A program made the position numbers and the translations under genes. A DNA stretch of 64,000 nucleotides from Lama glama (lineage: Eukaryota), in contig CM052817.1 in assembly GCA_028534125.1 (NCBI GenBank), forward strand, positions 67,644,001 through 67,708,000. Reading direction: 5' to 3'. This document shows positions 36,250-50,826 of the stretch, one piece after another; the stretch's first letter is position 1, and every line of letters begins with the position of its first letter. The notes below the pieces were generated by a model. The model was not told the origin of the DNA. It did not search any database and saw only the letters and a list, made by a program, of their open reading frames with translations.

Positions 36250-37260
36250 ACAAAGTAATTAAATAAGGGCAAATGTAAAATCATGTGCATTTTAGTCTTA
36301 CCAATTTAGGAAAATTTTTTGAGAAATACTCAGCAGTGTTGAGGACCTAGGGAAATGTGCACTGTAGGTCTAGAAGAAGGAATGTTATTTTGTAACTTTC
36401 TTCTGGAGGGCAATATGTAATTTATACCAAACACTTCCAATATTTTTCCATATTGCCTTTGACCCATAATTTCCTTCTAAACAAAATCACAGACGTGTGT
36501 AAAGAATTAGTCACAAAAATGTTTGTAGAAATAATACTTACAATTGATGAATCTTAGTAAAAAGCTAAAAGGTTAATGATAGATTGGTTAAATAAATTGT
36601 GATTTATTCACACAGTGGAAGTCTGTGGATATTAAAAAAGGAAATGAAAAAAACATTAATATGGGCAAATGTTTAAAATACATTGCTAGGTTGAAAATGT
36701 AAATTTTTCAATGTGCAATACAAATTTTTCAATATGTGATTGTGTTTTTGCTTTAAACATATGTATATATAGGTATTGTTATGGATGGAGTGTGTGCGCG
36801 CACACCACAAAATTCACTTGTTGAAATCTAACCCCCAAGGTGAAGGTATCTGGGAGGTAATTAGATCATGAGGGTGGGGTCTTCATGAACAGGATTAATG
36901 CCCCTATAAGAGGCCAGAGACCTGTTTTCCTCTCTTTCCACCATGTAAACATTAGCAACAAGTCAGTCTGTAACCGGGAGGAAAGAGGGCCCACACCAGA
37001 ACCCAGCCATACTGGCATCCTGGTCTCCAATTTCCAGCCTCCAAAACTGTGAAAAATAAACTTCTGTTGTTTATAAGCCACCTGATTAATGGTACTTTGT
37101 CAAAGTGGCCCAAACTAAGGTATAAATACATTTTTAAAGACTCAAATATATCCAGTAATTATTTTTGACTGATGGGTAGCTTTCTTTTTATTTATCTACA
37201 TTTTCTAGGTTTTCTATCAGGAACATCTATATTTTTATGCTAATTTAAAATGTATTGTAA
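36250..37260 (+). mobile_element. Old L1M fragment with nested MLT1A/B LTR (~36777-37120)
   Basis: ttctggagggcaat, tttgacccataatt; LTR gttgaaatcttaaccccc...aataaacttctgttgtttataagccacc. Confidence 0.7.
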
Positions 37261-37599
37261 AAAGCTCACACTAACGTAAGAACACATTTTTAGAAAAATG
37301 AAACCTCAGCATTTTCAAAGCATTCCACTGAAGTGTTCACTTTGTGATACACCAATTTTTAAAAGTATTATATTTATGTAGTAATCCTTTTAGAGCAACC
37401 TAAATTGCATTAACCCAATTTTTCTTTCAAAATAATATCATTATTCCTTAAAAAATAAATGAAACAAAAGAAATTAAAAACTAAAATAAAATATATTAAG
37501 TCAAGTTTGGAAACAAATACTAATATGTAAGCCAATAAAAATACCCCACTCAGTATTTCAACTGCTAAATTCAACTATTAAACAAAAAAAAAACCTAGA

Positions 37600-40592
37600 T
37601 AAAAGACAAGCCCTCCCTACGCCATGAAGTAGCGCACAGATGCCAAGTCAAGGGCCATCTCTGCTCTGAGAACCACAAATACCCTTTTCTTAAGAGATTT
37701 GTTTTTCAAATAATTGTTTCAAATTCTCCGCTTTCACACTTGGAAGTCCAGCTCAAACAGAATACTATATATACAAACAAACTTCAAATTTTAAAAAGCA
37801 AAATTATTAAACTAAGTGTTATTTATCTTGTAAAACTCTCCATTGTGGTATTATTTATATGGATTTCTGAGAATTATAAAAGCAATTCGTTTACTTAGAA
37901 TACTTGCTTTTAACATGTCGCATTTCTATTTTATTTTTTAAAGCCAATGCAACGTTGCAGATCAACAATTGTGCAGTGATACTTGGAGAGAGATGGTATC
38001 ACAGGGGGAGCTTGTTTTCAGTTCTTCTTTTTCCTTTGGGCATTTTTTTTTCAAACAGGAAGAACTTATAAATATCATCAAAAAAGTATGTGCCTTATTT
38101 AACTGCTACCTTAATGGTATAAATTTAAATCCTGCTGAAATGAGAAGTTGCAGAATTAATTTGCCCATTAACACAGCTACCTTGTATTGGCTGTCTATTG
38201 TTATTTAGGTCCTTAATACACATTAGTGTATTCCATCCTCACAACCACCCTGCAAAGCTGATATGATTATTCCCCACCTTACAGATGAAGAAATTCAACA
38301 ATTTAGTCTTTCAGACTCATGATTTTGAGAAACCTTTAATGATTTGGGAAATATTCATAACATAAAGTTTTACATATGACCAATGAGTTTGAATATATAA
38401 TTGGTATCATCTTTTCCTCAGCTTGGGATACAATGTGACTCTGCAGTAAAATTTCAAAGGACACTTCCAAGTCTCCCAGCCCATTTTTTAATTCTTCTCC
38501 CTAGAATGTCCCTTTTTTCCCACGGTGCTTACTCTGCCCGAAGGATCAAACTTACTTACTCTCATCTTGGCCCTTGATCTAAAACAGATTGTTTCTTCTT
38601 AGGTTGGAGGTCCCTCTAATGGCTCTCTCGATGTTGGTTGTTCCAGAATCCGCTTTATATTGTTGTTCTGTCTTCAATGATGGAGACTTTGTAGCCATGC
38701 CTGAAGCCTCCTGCATGGACCATACACTGGATGTCCCTGCGGTAAGGACACTACTCACTACTACGGCTAGTGGTAGAGTCAAGGTCACCCATAGAATTTC
38801 TTTCCCAGAAATTCCAACTCAGACTTTCCCCCAAGAAAAGGAGTTCTTAACTATGAGGGAGGATACCCTATGTCAAATCTGGCTTGAACTCCCAAAGCTG
38901 CAACTCTCTGGGTTCTCACACACACATACACACTCACAGACTTCTTGAGTCGAGTTCCTTGTAGACCCAGAACCAACATTCCCTTGATACACTTCCTGAT
39001 CCACTAGCTTAACTTAGCCACACCTGCTGATGCATTCTTTATCACATATCAACATTTCTTTGCACTTTATTGTCATCTGAACTTGGTTAGCATCTCCCCC
39101 AATTCATCCTACAGGTTTTAATACTAAAAAGGAAAAGCATCTTGAGGTTGCAGTTTCCTCCTCGGAAGTTCCTCTGTTTCTATGTAACCTCAAAAGGCTA
39201 CCCAATAGTCTACGATCTGTGTACCAAGAGATATGCCAGGGAGGGTCACCTGATTGCCTCTGTCTTGGATGTCCGAACCCAAGGCTCTTGTATAAAGATG
39301 CGTTGTTACAAATTTTTTATATATTTTTTTCACAAATGTGCATAGAAAAATGGACTAAAAATAAAGTTACATTTGAGTAGTGGTGAGAGCCATGACAACT
39401 GCACACAGCATAATGCCAAGAGGAGCCAGTTACATGAACTGCACTGGAAGAACACAAACACAAAGAGCTGCACTGCTGTCACCTCACCCAGTGACTCTCA
39501 TGGTTGTTATCCCTCAGCAGGATGGACATAGATGATTTTTATTTGCTTAGATAGTCAGAATGCCATACTAATGATTCCATGTTTTACTTTTCTATTCAAA
39601 CACCGGACTATTTTCATCCTTCTAACTCTTGGGAACAAATACTATAGAGTCACCAAAGAAGGATGAGTCACCTGAGGAAATCAGATGTACTTTGAAGGCT
39701 AGATGGATTTCCCAGGTTTAGAAAGATGGACATGGTTGTAGGCCATACTGGGCGGAGAGCAGATCAATCTGATCCCAGGACTTCTGGGGACTAGATTCCT
39801 TTCAAAGAAAATTGAGATGAGACAGTCACTGGGCACTAAGAACTGTAAGCCTTGTACTCCAAGGAGAGGCGACCTGGATTGAAACTGACAGTCAGATATC
39901 TCATAAGCCCAAACTAGGGGCAACGGCAGCAAGAGCAAGGCTTTCCTGCAATGTCTAAGAACGATGGCTATCCTAAAAGAGATCATCAGCTTTCAGATCC
40001 ACAAGAGTACAGCAGGAAATAATGGCAGCAAGGAAACTGCGGGTGGATTCAACACCAGGGCTCTTCCATCTCAGGTCTGGAAGTGCAATGGACTCCCAGG
40101 AGAGAGGGAACCCCTAGGAGAGAAGGAACCCCAAGGGTGGCATTAACTAGGTCAGCATACAGACACTTGATCTTCTTTTCATTTAATCTGGAGAAATAAG
40201 AGGCATGTAACTATGCACAGCTATCCCTTCTTTATGCCTTTTTTATAAGTTACCTGCAACGGGCATGCATTATAATTTTTAAAATTAACATTACTAGCTT
40301 AAAATTATTAATATAACAAATTACATTTATCAGATATTAACTTATACATATCAGTTTAGTAGTTAAAGGATATACTACTGTTTTAAGGGAAAAGAAACAC
40401 ATTAATGCATTCAGGCCACAAGATGTTGTATAGAAAATTTCACTTCAACGTGCTAGAGGAGATGAGAGGTGCTGGAACGTCCAGAGAAAAGAGGCAAAAA
40501 CCCCCAAAACAAAGACTGCTCGAGGATATATTGGCCCTGACAATGCTACACATCCCCTCATCCAGTACAGGAAAGGCTTGGGCAGAGAGAAT
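37600..40592 (+). pseudogene. Collagen-like relic blocks
   Basis: GAY-SAR-RIK-LTY-SHL-GP*-SKT. ORF 39142: TSK-GYP..CTK-RYA-RE-GHL..RTQ-GSC. EQ-GFP-AMS-KND-GYP-KRD; GNN-GSK-ETA; 40090-40137 GLP-GER-EPL-GEK-EPQ-G; TAR-GYI-GPD-NAT; donor-like gtaagt at 40593. Confidence 0.9.
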
Positions 40593-42127
40593 GTAAGTAG
40601 TTCCTGTTTATTAAATGACTGGTCCTGTTTAAAGTACTTTTGAAGATTTCTTCCTGAGAACATGTACAATAATGACAATAACAACCACCACCACCTTCCT
40701 CCTCCCTCCTTGGGTCACTCTGGGGATACATCTCGTTTCTGTTTGTGTCAAAGAGAGATTCTCTCTTTTTTTCATGAAGGAAGAAAAGTGCTTCAACTTC
40801 ATTTTATATCATTTTATCTAAGTTGGTCACATCAAAATCCAGTTGAGACCCATATGGGTTTTAAATTTCTCTTTACTTTTACTCCTTGCAGAGAAGACAT
40901 ATTTTACTCCACTCAAAAAATTTATTTTCAAAGACACTGATTACTTTTATGTGAAATAATCACTAAGAAATTTAAACGGATACATACACACAGAGTTTGC
41001 ACTTAGACTGTCTCAAATAGTACCTTCGATTTTACTCTGACTTCCTTAAAATCATCTAATGATTTATCTTAACTCCTTTTATATGGAAGACATTCTGATA
41101 ACAAAACATATAAATTACTCCAGAGAAGGAAAACATGCTATTACTATGATTAAAGAAAAATTTATTTCTGGAACAAAGCATGATTAAAATTTACCACTAT
41201 TGCTTTAATTCTGTTTGGCTAAAACCTTCTGTTTATAAACTAACACACTAGGGAGAAACAGTCTAATCTTTACTCTCACAATGCGTATTTGTTCAGGCCT
41301 GTGGTAAACTGCTAGTCTGCTGCTGAATCCCAGTGGCTAAATAAATATATAAATAAATACAACAGAAACAAAGCACTTCTAGACAGCTAGACAAAATCAG
41401 AATTGCCTGAAGGACTCTCATTCCTTTTTTGAGTTTCAACTCTTCTACCTCAACTACCATCCGCTCCTGTCACGGTGGTGGAAAACAATAGCGCTGTAAT
41501 TTAAAGGCAAAAATTAATGCATTGCTACAGACTTCAGTGCAAAGCATTAAAACTAGTCAGACAACTTTCAGCGATGGAAACCCACAACTAAGAAAAATTA
41601 AACTTCCTATAATTTTATAAATTACAGCAGAAATACCTGTAATTACCCAAGTAAATGATGACCAAAAAATCTGCCCTTAAGGGGCTGGATTACATTTGAA
41701 GGGAAGCTGCCTTGTTTTCTACGCTCAGGAAAGAAGGCGTGTTGACACACAGGAAAATAACAGCTAATGCATTTTGGATAGCACGGAGAAAAAGGATTTT
41801 AAAGAAACCTGAGAAACAGGACATGGCTGTTTTCTATAAGGAGATTCAAGCCCAGCAAAACAAGAAGCCACCTGTGATTGCCAAACTACCCCCCAACACA
41901 CACACACACACACACCCCACTCTTTTCAACTAGCTCCTCAAACACAACATTCGCAGGCAGATAGTTATCTAGAATGAACAGATCTAGTGTTTGTTTTCCT
42001 TTTTGGATCTGGCAGCTGCTGTATATCAAGTCTGCCGCCCCTCAGATAGGAAAGACTTCTACGGGCTCGGGAAGCTAGAGCAGGCCTACCTTAGATGCCC
42101 AGCAGGGCCTCCGAATGTTAACTCCAT

Positions 42128-42159
<32 letters not shown>

Positions 42160-43116
42160 AATTCAGTCCTGCTAAATTAGACACAGAAGACAGTAGAGAT
42201 GGCATGTATCATTCCTGTCACCAATCATCTAAAATAAACAGGCTCATTTATATAGAGCATTGCTATTCGGAGATCTTCAAAGGCGAACAAGTTTAAACCA
42301 TAAGGCAGAACCTGTCATGTCAAGCAACTTAAGAATCCCACACGATGTTATTCTCACCCCAAATGTACAGTTCATATTCACTGTCCCAGGTGGAAGGTTC
42401 ATCAGTGTCCCCTAGCACATTATAAAATCCTAGTATGAGCCTCTTCCACCTGTAATTGTAAGCAAAGTACCTCTCCTTCTTTGCCTTACATGACACATGG
42501 ACTTCAGAGAGCCGTTTCTCTGTAACACACCATTCCTAAGAAGGCTCTTCCCACCCTGCTTCCAGTAAAGTAATCATTGATTCTCTTGCAGGGTTCTAAC
42601 ATTTACCTACTTGAATACAACGGTGATTCGAAAATTCTTGCTATGTCTATTATATAGTTCTCGTGGGCCAACACCCTTCATAAACAATCTAGCACTCTTC
42701 AAAATAGAGGCAGCTTATTTAGGCTTGCTAAAAATACTGTACTATCTTTTTAGTGGGAAGTCTCATCAAATGAGTTACTCTCTGGGTAGACCCATTAAAA
42801 CCAGTCACAAGAGAAAGAACACACGTAAATGTTCTTTCACAGACTAAATATTCCTAATTGCCTAGGTTACATCATCCAAGTTAGTTGAAAACTTACTGAA
42901 ACTACAGATGCCAAACAATGCTGCACCTACAAGAATGTACTAATAGAAAGTATATTGAGTCAAAAGAGGAAAGACCTGACCGCTATTTGTAACTTACAGC
43001 TATGAGCGCCACTCGATGTTCAGTTTTCTGTTTTGTCAAATATTGTATAATTCTAAGGGTTGAAACTGTTCCTAAAAATGTCTACCCAGAGCAGAGATGC
43101 AGGCTATCTGGGGAAG

Positions 43117-43220
43117 AAGGAAGAAAGGAAGAAAGGAAGGAAGGAAGGAAGGAAGCAAGGAAGGAAGGAAGGAAGGAAGGAAGGAAGGAAGGAAGGAAGG
43201 AAGGAGAGAGGGAGGAAGGA
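43117..43220 (+). repeat. (GGAA)n microsatellite
   Basis: Directly visible tandem ggaa units. Confidence 0.95.
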
Positions 43221-43317
43221 ACCATCCTCTTGCATCCTGATCCATAACACCAAAGGAACAGTCCAAGATCTTATCCTCCGTGTGGACCTCTAACAACCCA
43301 GCTACAACCATCATTAC

Positions 43318-43500
43318 AGTTGGCCCTTGAATGATGAGGGCTTGCACTGTGCAGGTCCACATACAGGCAGATATTTTAAAAAATACTACAGTACTACACA
43401 GTCCATGATTGGTTGAATTCGAGGATGCAGAACCACGGATAAGGTGGGCCAACTGTAAGTTTAATGTGGATTAACCCCCGTGTTGTTCAACAGTCAACTG
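43318..43500. mobile_element. Tigger2-like MITE
   Basis: Inverted ends cagttggcccttgaa ... ttcaacagtcaactg. Confidence 0.8.
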
Positions 43501-43528
43501 TCTTTACAGAAACACACTTGTGTTTATA

Positions 43529-43850
43529 ATTTTTTTTATTGAAGTATACTCAACTTACCATGTTGTGTTAATTTGTGGTGTAAAGAATAGTGATTCATTT
43601 ATACATATATATAAATATTCCTTCTCATATCCTTTTTCATTATAAGCCATTACAAGGTATGCTTATGCTATACAGTAGGACCTTGTTGTTTATCTATTTT
43701 ATATGTAGTAGTTCATATCTGCAAATCCTGAACTCCCAATTTATTCCTCCCCACCCTTTTCCCCCACTGGTACCCATAAGTTTGTTTTCTGTCTGTGAGT
43801 CTGTCCCTGTTTTGTTAATAAGTTCACTTGTGTCCTTTGTGTGTGTGTGT
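43529..43850 (-). mobile_element. L1 3' end fragment
   Basis: ttttttattgaagtata...gctatacagtaggaccttgttgtttatctatttt. Confidence 0.85.
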
Positions 43851-45639
43851 TTACAACTTTAAATAATCCACTGAAAACTGAGTTTGCACACCACAGAAAC
43901 AAAAGGTAAAAAGAAAAACTATAATGGTAAAGAAAAATCTCAGTGTAAGAAATAAAGTTATCATCCGTGCAACTATCTTAGATATGCAGAGGTTTTGAGG
44001 TAACCTACAGAATTCACCTAGAGCCAAAATCCTTACAGGTAGACCCTTGTGTGATTGCTCCAAAAATGTACCTTCTGGACCCGTGCTACATCAGCTAGCC
44101 CTCAACTATTAAAAATCTGCCATTTCCAGTGAATATAGCAGAACAACAGTCCATGAAATGGTAGCATAACCTATGTGAGAATGACGATACAAGAAGCCTG
44201 ATAAAATGCTTTTAGATGGCCTTTTAGATCAGTTAAAAATCACCAGATTTTTTTAAATTACAATGGCACCAGTACTTCTATCTCTGTTTATCTGTCATTG
44301 CTTCAAGCCTTGGTTCTTGTTGATTAAATCTGTCTTAGCAACAGTTATAATTTTGTTCCGAGATATGAGATGGCAATAGGGACTCTACTTCCTGGTTAAC
44401 ACGCCTTAATGAATCACCACATTTTCATATTTTCCCACAGGAAGAGAACATGGTATGATAGAAGCAAGTTAAGACATAGTGATCTCCTCTTTCCAGAACA
44501 AGTCTCTGAATCTCCTCTTTGTATATTCCTATATCTTTTAATTTGTAAATAAAGAAACCACTGTGGATTTTAGCTTTCAAGAAATTATGCTAATACTGAT
44601 CCCTTTCCTTACAGAGATCTAGAGCTTATTATAAACTCATTAAAATCAACAACAAAAAGGGAAATAAACTTTCAAAAGGTCAACCATTTGGCTAATTTAC
44701 ATAATCACTGAAAATTAGGACCAAACAATACTGAAAAAGATAGAAGAAACTTCACCACCAAATCTGTAAGTCCCATATTATACAGATACTAAACACATGC
44801 ACACGGTAGGAAAACAGCTGATTAAACTCTCCAAAAGATTTTCTCTGTAACATTTTCCTTAATAGAAATCTTTTTCCAAAATACTGTAAGTCATGATATT
44901 TTAGACCTCCTACTACCTGCCAGATTAGGTCAAAGATTATTAGTATTTTTAACAGTAAGTTAAATACATTTTAAAAGAAAGCTATTTAAATGAACACTTT
45001 AAGCATAACACGGTGACACACTGACACACAGTCAGGCAGATTCTGTGTATACAGATGGTATTCCAAAAACATCCCATTGTTATTTTCACGTCACATTTAG
45101 ACATGAGGCACTGAGTATGTATGTGTTGACTGACTATCCACAAATTCTCTTAAAGACAGTCAGTCCATGAGTTGGAGGGAAACAGCCTGCCTGTCACTTG
45201 GAACTGCCAGGTTGCAGGGAAAACTTACATCTCTCCCTCAAATCTTCAAGGAATTCTGAAGGCATTTAGGATAAACCTGGCTTCCTTTCTTACATTTTCC
45301 TGCTTATTTTGCAGAATAGGTTGCAAAAGTCTCCCTCCGTAAGAACTATATTTGTCAAGTTATTTTTTCTAAGATGTAAAACTGGAATACCAAGAAAATT
45401 TTCATAATCACAATGCAACCTAAAACCCTAGAAGTATTCCAATGGTTTATGACAATCAATTAATTGGAGACTCATATTGAATACCACATCTTGGTTGATA
45501 AAACCTCAACTCCTAAACCCGCCTGAAAGGCCTCCAACATTTTGCCACCACCCTCATTTTCCTCCACCTCTGTGGAACACTGTAAGTGTTCACTGCAGTA
45601 CCAGCAACTAATCTGCCCTGTTTCTACTCTCAGAACTTC

Positions 45640-46040
45640 ATTCTACGTGCTCATCTCCAGGGGGTAAATTGTGGTCATTCTAAGACAGTATTCATCATGT
45701 TGTTTCCACCCTCCTTTGCAACTAGGAGCCATCATATTTCCTAATAAAATGGACAGACGTGGCCAGAACCTCCTCCTCCCACATGGGTATGATGCCTGGA
45801 GTTGCAGTAGCCATATTAAAACCACGGGGCCTCAAGCCGAGGAGGAGAAATCCAGTAAATGAAGGAAGACAAGATGGAAAGCTAGAGTGAGCCTATGTTC
45901 TCAACAGCATTGTGAGCAATGTAAACAATGTCAGTAATCACCCATCTTCTTGCTATGTGACAAAAAATAAAACACTATTTATTTAAGCCACTTGTACTTA
46001 TATTTTCTGGTACTTGCAGCCAGAAGCAGCCTATCTGGTA
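45640..46040 (+). mobile_element. Old MLT1 LTR
   Basis: gatgcctggagttgcagtagccatatt...tttatttaagccact...tacttgcagccagaagca. Confidence 0.65.
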
Positions 46041-46359
46041 GCTTCTGCCTCATGCCTGCAGTGTAGCCCCACTGGATAATTTATCATTACCCCAAACATC
46101 ACACGCTTTCCTACCATCCTATCTTTTCTCCACTTAGCTTTGCATATGGCAAGTGTTTATAAATACTATAAAATGAATGATGTGAACTGGTTGATGAAAT
46201 TTTAAGTAAAATAAATGGTCCACGACTCAATCAATCCATCAAAAATTATTCACTGGCTCACTATGATATGCATGGCGTGATGCTACAGTTAATTTAAATT
46301 TTGAGCTTTCATTTAATCAGAATCATTCTATCCTTTCCAAATGACAACTTCTTGTACTT

Positions 46360-47330
46360 TGTTTTTATAAAGAAACAAAAGGCCTCAACACCAGTTTGAT
46401 ACACAGGATGGTTTTTTAGAGGACAGGAACCAGCTCTCCTGCTGTGTTTTATACAGAGTCTAGCTCACTGCGGGCACTCGATGAATATTAAATTATAATG
46501 ATACTGCTATGGATATCATTCAGGTTCTCCGACACTGTTACAACTTTTAGTCTGTTTTTGAAGTATGTGAGATCCTATAATAAAAATGTTTTATGGAAGT
46601 GAATGCACATTACATACAGTTTGTCAGTCAGCTTAGCCAGGTCACACTGGGAATGTGTTGGGCTCAAATAAAGATATATTTTAAAGTCTATGTTGGTGTG
46701 ATTCAACTTCAGAAGTATAAAGTTTCTAATTTATTATAATAAATTAGTCCTCAAAAACATTTGTTATCAGACTGCAACTATTCTCAATTCTAGGGGGAAA
46801 AAATCATTCTTTCCTACAGAAAAGCCAAAGTAGGGCAAAAGAGAGTTTTCAAATTATAAAAAGTAAGCTTAAGTCCTACCTCTACTTAAAAGCATCCCTG
46901 GGAGATACTGTTTTAATCAGTTTTTGAAACTATTTGCATTTAGAGTAAGCATATATTTATTAAAGAAAAAGTTCAAACTCATTCTTATAGCTCTCACTTT
47001 ACAGGGTATAGTCAGAAGTCCTGAGATGGTCCAGATGGCATTTGTCATATCTCAAAACTTCCAAAGATGTCTTTTGGCTTCACAGAATTTTGCTTGAACT
47101 TTTCTTAGCTTGTCAACCTAAGGAATCACTGAAGCACAAGATTTCCCATCGCCTTTTCACTTGTCTGTTCATCCACTCTATTCCTGAAACTATACCAAAC
47201 ATTTTGCTTGCATAACTCTGTTCTCATAATCAGCTTCATCTCAGGATAAGAGAACACCCTTGAAAAACTCTTTTTAAAAAGTGTGGGGACATTCTTTAGG
47301 ATGAAAGAGTCTTCATTTAAAAGTGCTATT
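46360..47330 (+). pseudogene. Collagen-like relic block
   Basis: ETK-GLN; GEK-IIL-SYR-KAK-V-GQK-RVF; SIP-GRY-CFN; LQ-GIV-RSP; GIT-EAQ-DFP-SPF. Confidence 0.7.
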
Positions 47331-49400
47331 ATTTCACTCCTGGTAATTTACCCCAGAGAAATGAAATCTCTAGTTTTAGTATACACAAAAACTTGTATTC
47401 TAATGTTCCTAACAGCTTTATGTCTTAATAGCCAAAACTGGCAGCAACCCAGACCTCCTTCAACAAGCAAATGGTTAAACAAACTGCAGAACATCCATAC
47501 CATGAACTACTACTCAAAACCAAACAAAAAACAGTATCCATATACACAACCTAAATGAATCTCCAGAAAATTATGTTGAGTGAAAAAAGCCAATCCTCAA
47601 CAGTTACAAGCTGTCTGATTTCATTTGTGTAACATTCTTGTAATGCCAAAAGTATAGAAATGCAGAGCAGATTAGTGGTTGCCACCGTTTAGGGTGGGGA
47701 AAGGGCAGAGGGGAAGTGGGTATGGCTATAAAAGGGCAACAGGAGAAATCCTTGTGGTGATAGAGTCCCTCTGCTATCTTGAGTACATTAATAGCAATAT
47801 CCAAGTTGTGATATTCTACTATAGCTTTGCAAGATTTCCAACTGGAGGAAATTGGGTAAAGCAACCGTTCTATATTATTCTTACAACTACATATCAATCT
47901 ACAATTGCCTCAAAATAAAAGTTTAATTTTTGCTCAGAATCTATGCCATCTCCTTATAATAACTCCCTGATGTTTCTGGGGATCACTTCTCCCCTACTTT
48001 CAGTCCATGTGGTTCAGATGGTCTAATTTATAAGTAGACATGTAACTGAGACCTGATCAATAAGCCTAGTCCATCTCTTTAACCCTACTGATTGATTCAG
48101 GAATGGTCACATGGTTCAAATTGGTACAGTGATACTCAGCTGAACTGCAGAGGAAGAAAAGCTCTCTTTACTAAGGTTGCTTAGTTTTGTAGGATGAAAA
48201 ACTTGAACAAACAGAGCACCACATTGAGCCAATCAGAGAGGGAGCTAGTGCAGAGGAACAAAATTTGTGCCCTTGAATCCAACATTCCTGAAGCTAGTCT
48301 ACCCTCTGGACTTCCTAGTTATGTGAATTAATTAATATCTTTTGCTCAAGTTTTTTTTTTTTAAGTTTAATTGAAAAGACCTTCACTGAATATTGGAATC
48401 ACATTCAGCATATAACACAAGTATTTCCATAAGCAATGTAGTTAAGTTTAAAAAACAACATAACAAAAACATTTTATTATTCCACTAGCAAGAATTCTGT
48501 CTTTCACTATTGTCTCTTAAGTTTAATGCCAGTTTTCCTCCTCTTCCTACCTTGGTCTCCCACTAATTTTATTGTACAACCAAAGTGTTTCTTGTGTACG
48601 CTGTATTTTTGTATTTTGCCTATTTTTCTGTTGGGGTATACACTCTCAGTTTTATAGTTTTTAAACAAGTATAAATAATGTAAAGTGTACTGTAGAAATG
48701 ACATTCTGCCCCAAATGATTACATATGGGACATTTTATTCATGAATGCATATTTTCCTTACTGATTCATGATTCTAACTTTCTCAAATGCTAAATCCCTA
48801 TGTATATTTGGATCTGTGGATGGACATTTTATTTCTTACCATCTACTTCTCACATTGTTTTAATTTTAGCATTTTTAAGATACATTTTAATCTCTGTTTA
48901 GGAAATGTTCCTTCTTAGTGTTTTTGTTTTTCAGACTTCTTTTATTTATACTTGCATGCTCATTCTTCAAAGTGAATTTAGAATCATTTTATCAAGTTCC
49001 TCACCAACCTCCCCACAATAATTAGGGATTTTATTTAATAATACACCGTGTACAGAGTAAATTTAAACCAAATTGACCTCCTTACAAAAATTAAGCCTGT
49101 TTTTTCTAACGTATGTCTCTCCATTTATTCAAATCTTTTGTCATGTTTCCCAATTCTTTCGTTATGCTATTATGTAGAATGCTATAATTCATCCAGTTCC
49201 CGCATATTTCTTAAAAGACTATTCTAGATATTAGATGCATTTATTTGTAAATGTAAATGAAATATTTTCCCTTTGTTTTCTTTATAAGAATGTACAATAT
49301 CAAAAAGCTACTGATTTTACATATCTTGTGACGTGTACAATAATGAATATCCTTATTTTCTTAAAATATTCATGTCTGCAAAATATATCATTTCCTTAAC
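47330..49400. mobile_element. Repeat cluster: L1M 3' end (+, ~47330-47930), MLT1-like LTR (~47935-48390), old L1M (-, ~48500-49400)
   Basis: cactcctggtaatttaccccagagaaatgaaa; cttcctagttatgtgaatt; tttagaatcattttatcaagttcc. Confidence 0.7.
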
Positions 49401-50651
49401 ATTTTCAAAGAAGATCAATTGTTTTAAATAATTTAGGAAATAATTGGGTTATTAGCATAATTTAAAATTTTTTAAATGTCTCCTGGTTTAAAACACACAC
49501 ATACATACACACACACACACTCCTACCCCTATCTATACGTACAAATCCTCTAGATTGGGACATGCTTTCTTTTAGAATTTAAATATTAGCCAAACCAAGG
49601 AATTCAGTAGCTTTATAAAGCACCCACTGTTCAGAGCTCTTCCTCTGTTCCACCACTTTGTTCCTCCAATAAGACCATGAACATTTCATAGAGCAATTTC
49701 TCCAAGAAACCACTCTTTTTTAGTGATTCTCAAAGATCAAATATTGCAATTTAAGTCAGGAAAAGGAAAACATTTCATCTGATGCTTCTGTTACATTTTC
49801 TTTTACCAGGTTCACAACATATGATTAACAATGCACATAAACTTGGCTCTGTGATTTTGTGTGTAGATAATGATTGAAATCCATTAAGCTATCCTTTTAT
49901 GGATGATGATCTGTCAGCTGAACATCCAGCAGTTTCTTTTTATAGAACTATGATTTGATCTGCAGTGTCCTGGAACATGTTTTTCAAGCTATCTGGCTTC
50001 AAGCTTATGCTAATTACCAGGCATTATCTCACAACTTCTGTGGCATACAGAAACATTAAAATCGCCTCCCCTAGAAGCTTTCTTTGAAGATGAACCAATG
50101 GAATTTCTAAAGCATTCACTGCAGGTACTACTCAAATGATAGACTTAAAAAAGAAAAAAAAAACTTTGTTACAGTAGTAAGTTTTATTTTCCTTATGTCT
50201 TATCTCTCTACACCACTTAAGAATTCCTTGACAGAGGTAAGGAGAAATTAATGTTCTTGAGCTCCTACTAAGTGCCAGTCTGGTCTGTTTTAAATATGTT
50301 TTCTCATGATAAATATTGGTTCTTACTGACTGTTATATTTCCTAAGACACTCACTCCAGCATCTACTAATAGAAGCTCGTTACTTACATGACTGAACAAT
50401 TATCATAGTATTTCTTTCTTAAATAATTTCCATCTAAGTGAAACAATAGTTTCCTTATTGCCATTAAGGTTACTTTAAGTTGCCAGTATTAACAATAAAA
50501 GTTCATTGCTAATCCCAAAATTAAGGGATTTGGAGGGGTTTTTTAAATTACAAAGAGTCAGAAGGTTTTTGTTAGTGTTATATTTTTCTCAAAGAAACAC
50601 ACTGAGCTACAGTAAAACCCTGCTGAAAAAATACAGAAAATTCATTTGTCC

Positions 50652-50826
50652 CAAAACAAATTTCTTCTGTACAGCACAGAGAACTATATTCAATATCTTG
50701 TAGTAACCTATAATGAAAAGGAATATGAAAACAAATATACATATGTCTGAAACATTATGCTGTACACCAGAAATGGACACGTTGTAACTGACTATACTTC
50801 AATTTTAAAAACAAATGTTAAAAAAA
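50652..50826 (+). mobile_element. Short L1 3' end with TSD
   Basis: agcacagagaactatattcaatatcttgtagtaacctataatgaaaag; TSD aaaattcatttgtcc / aaaagtcatttgtcc. Confidence 0.85.

Larger units (their letters stand above)
41200..45500 (+). pseudogene. Collagen-like relic blocks (microsatellites, Tigger and L1 inside)
   Basis: GEK-GF*; RPS-DRK-DFY-GL-GKL; FK-GEQ; SSR-GPT; RLS-GEE-GRK; 43981-44085 DMQ-RF*-GNL-Q-NSP-RAK-ILT-GRP-L-CDC-SKN-VPS-GPV; CHL-ELP-GCR-ENL. Confidence 0.8.

Noticed and set aside
38603..38741. + strand exon candidate (ttcttag ... gtaagg) with an open frame
   Set aside because: No recognisable product, and collagen-like reading continues across both boundaries.
44441..44452. 12-nt microexon candidate (cccacag GAAGAGAACATG gtatga)
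   Set aside because: No host gene is evident, and it reads through as FPT-GRE-H-GMI-EAS within the fossil.
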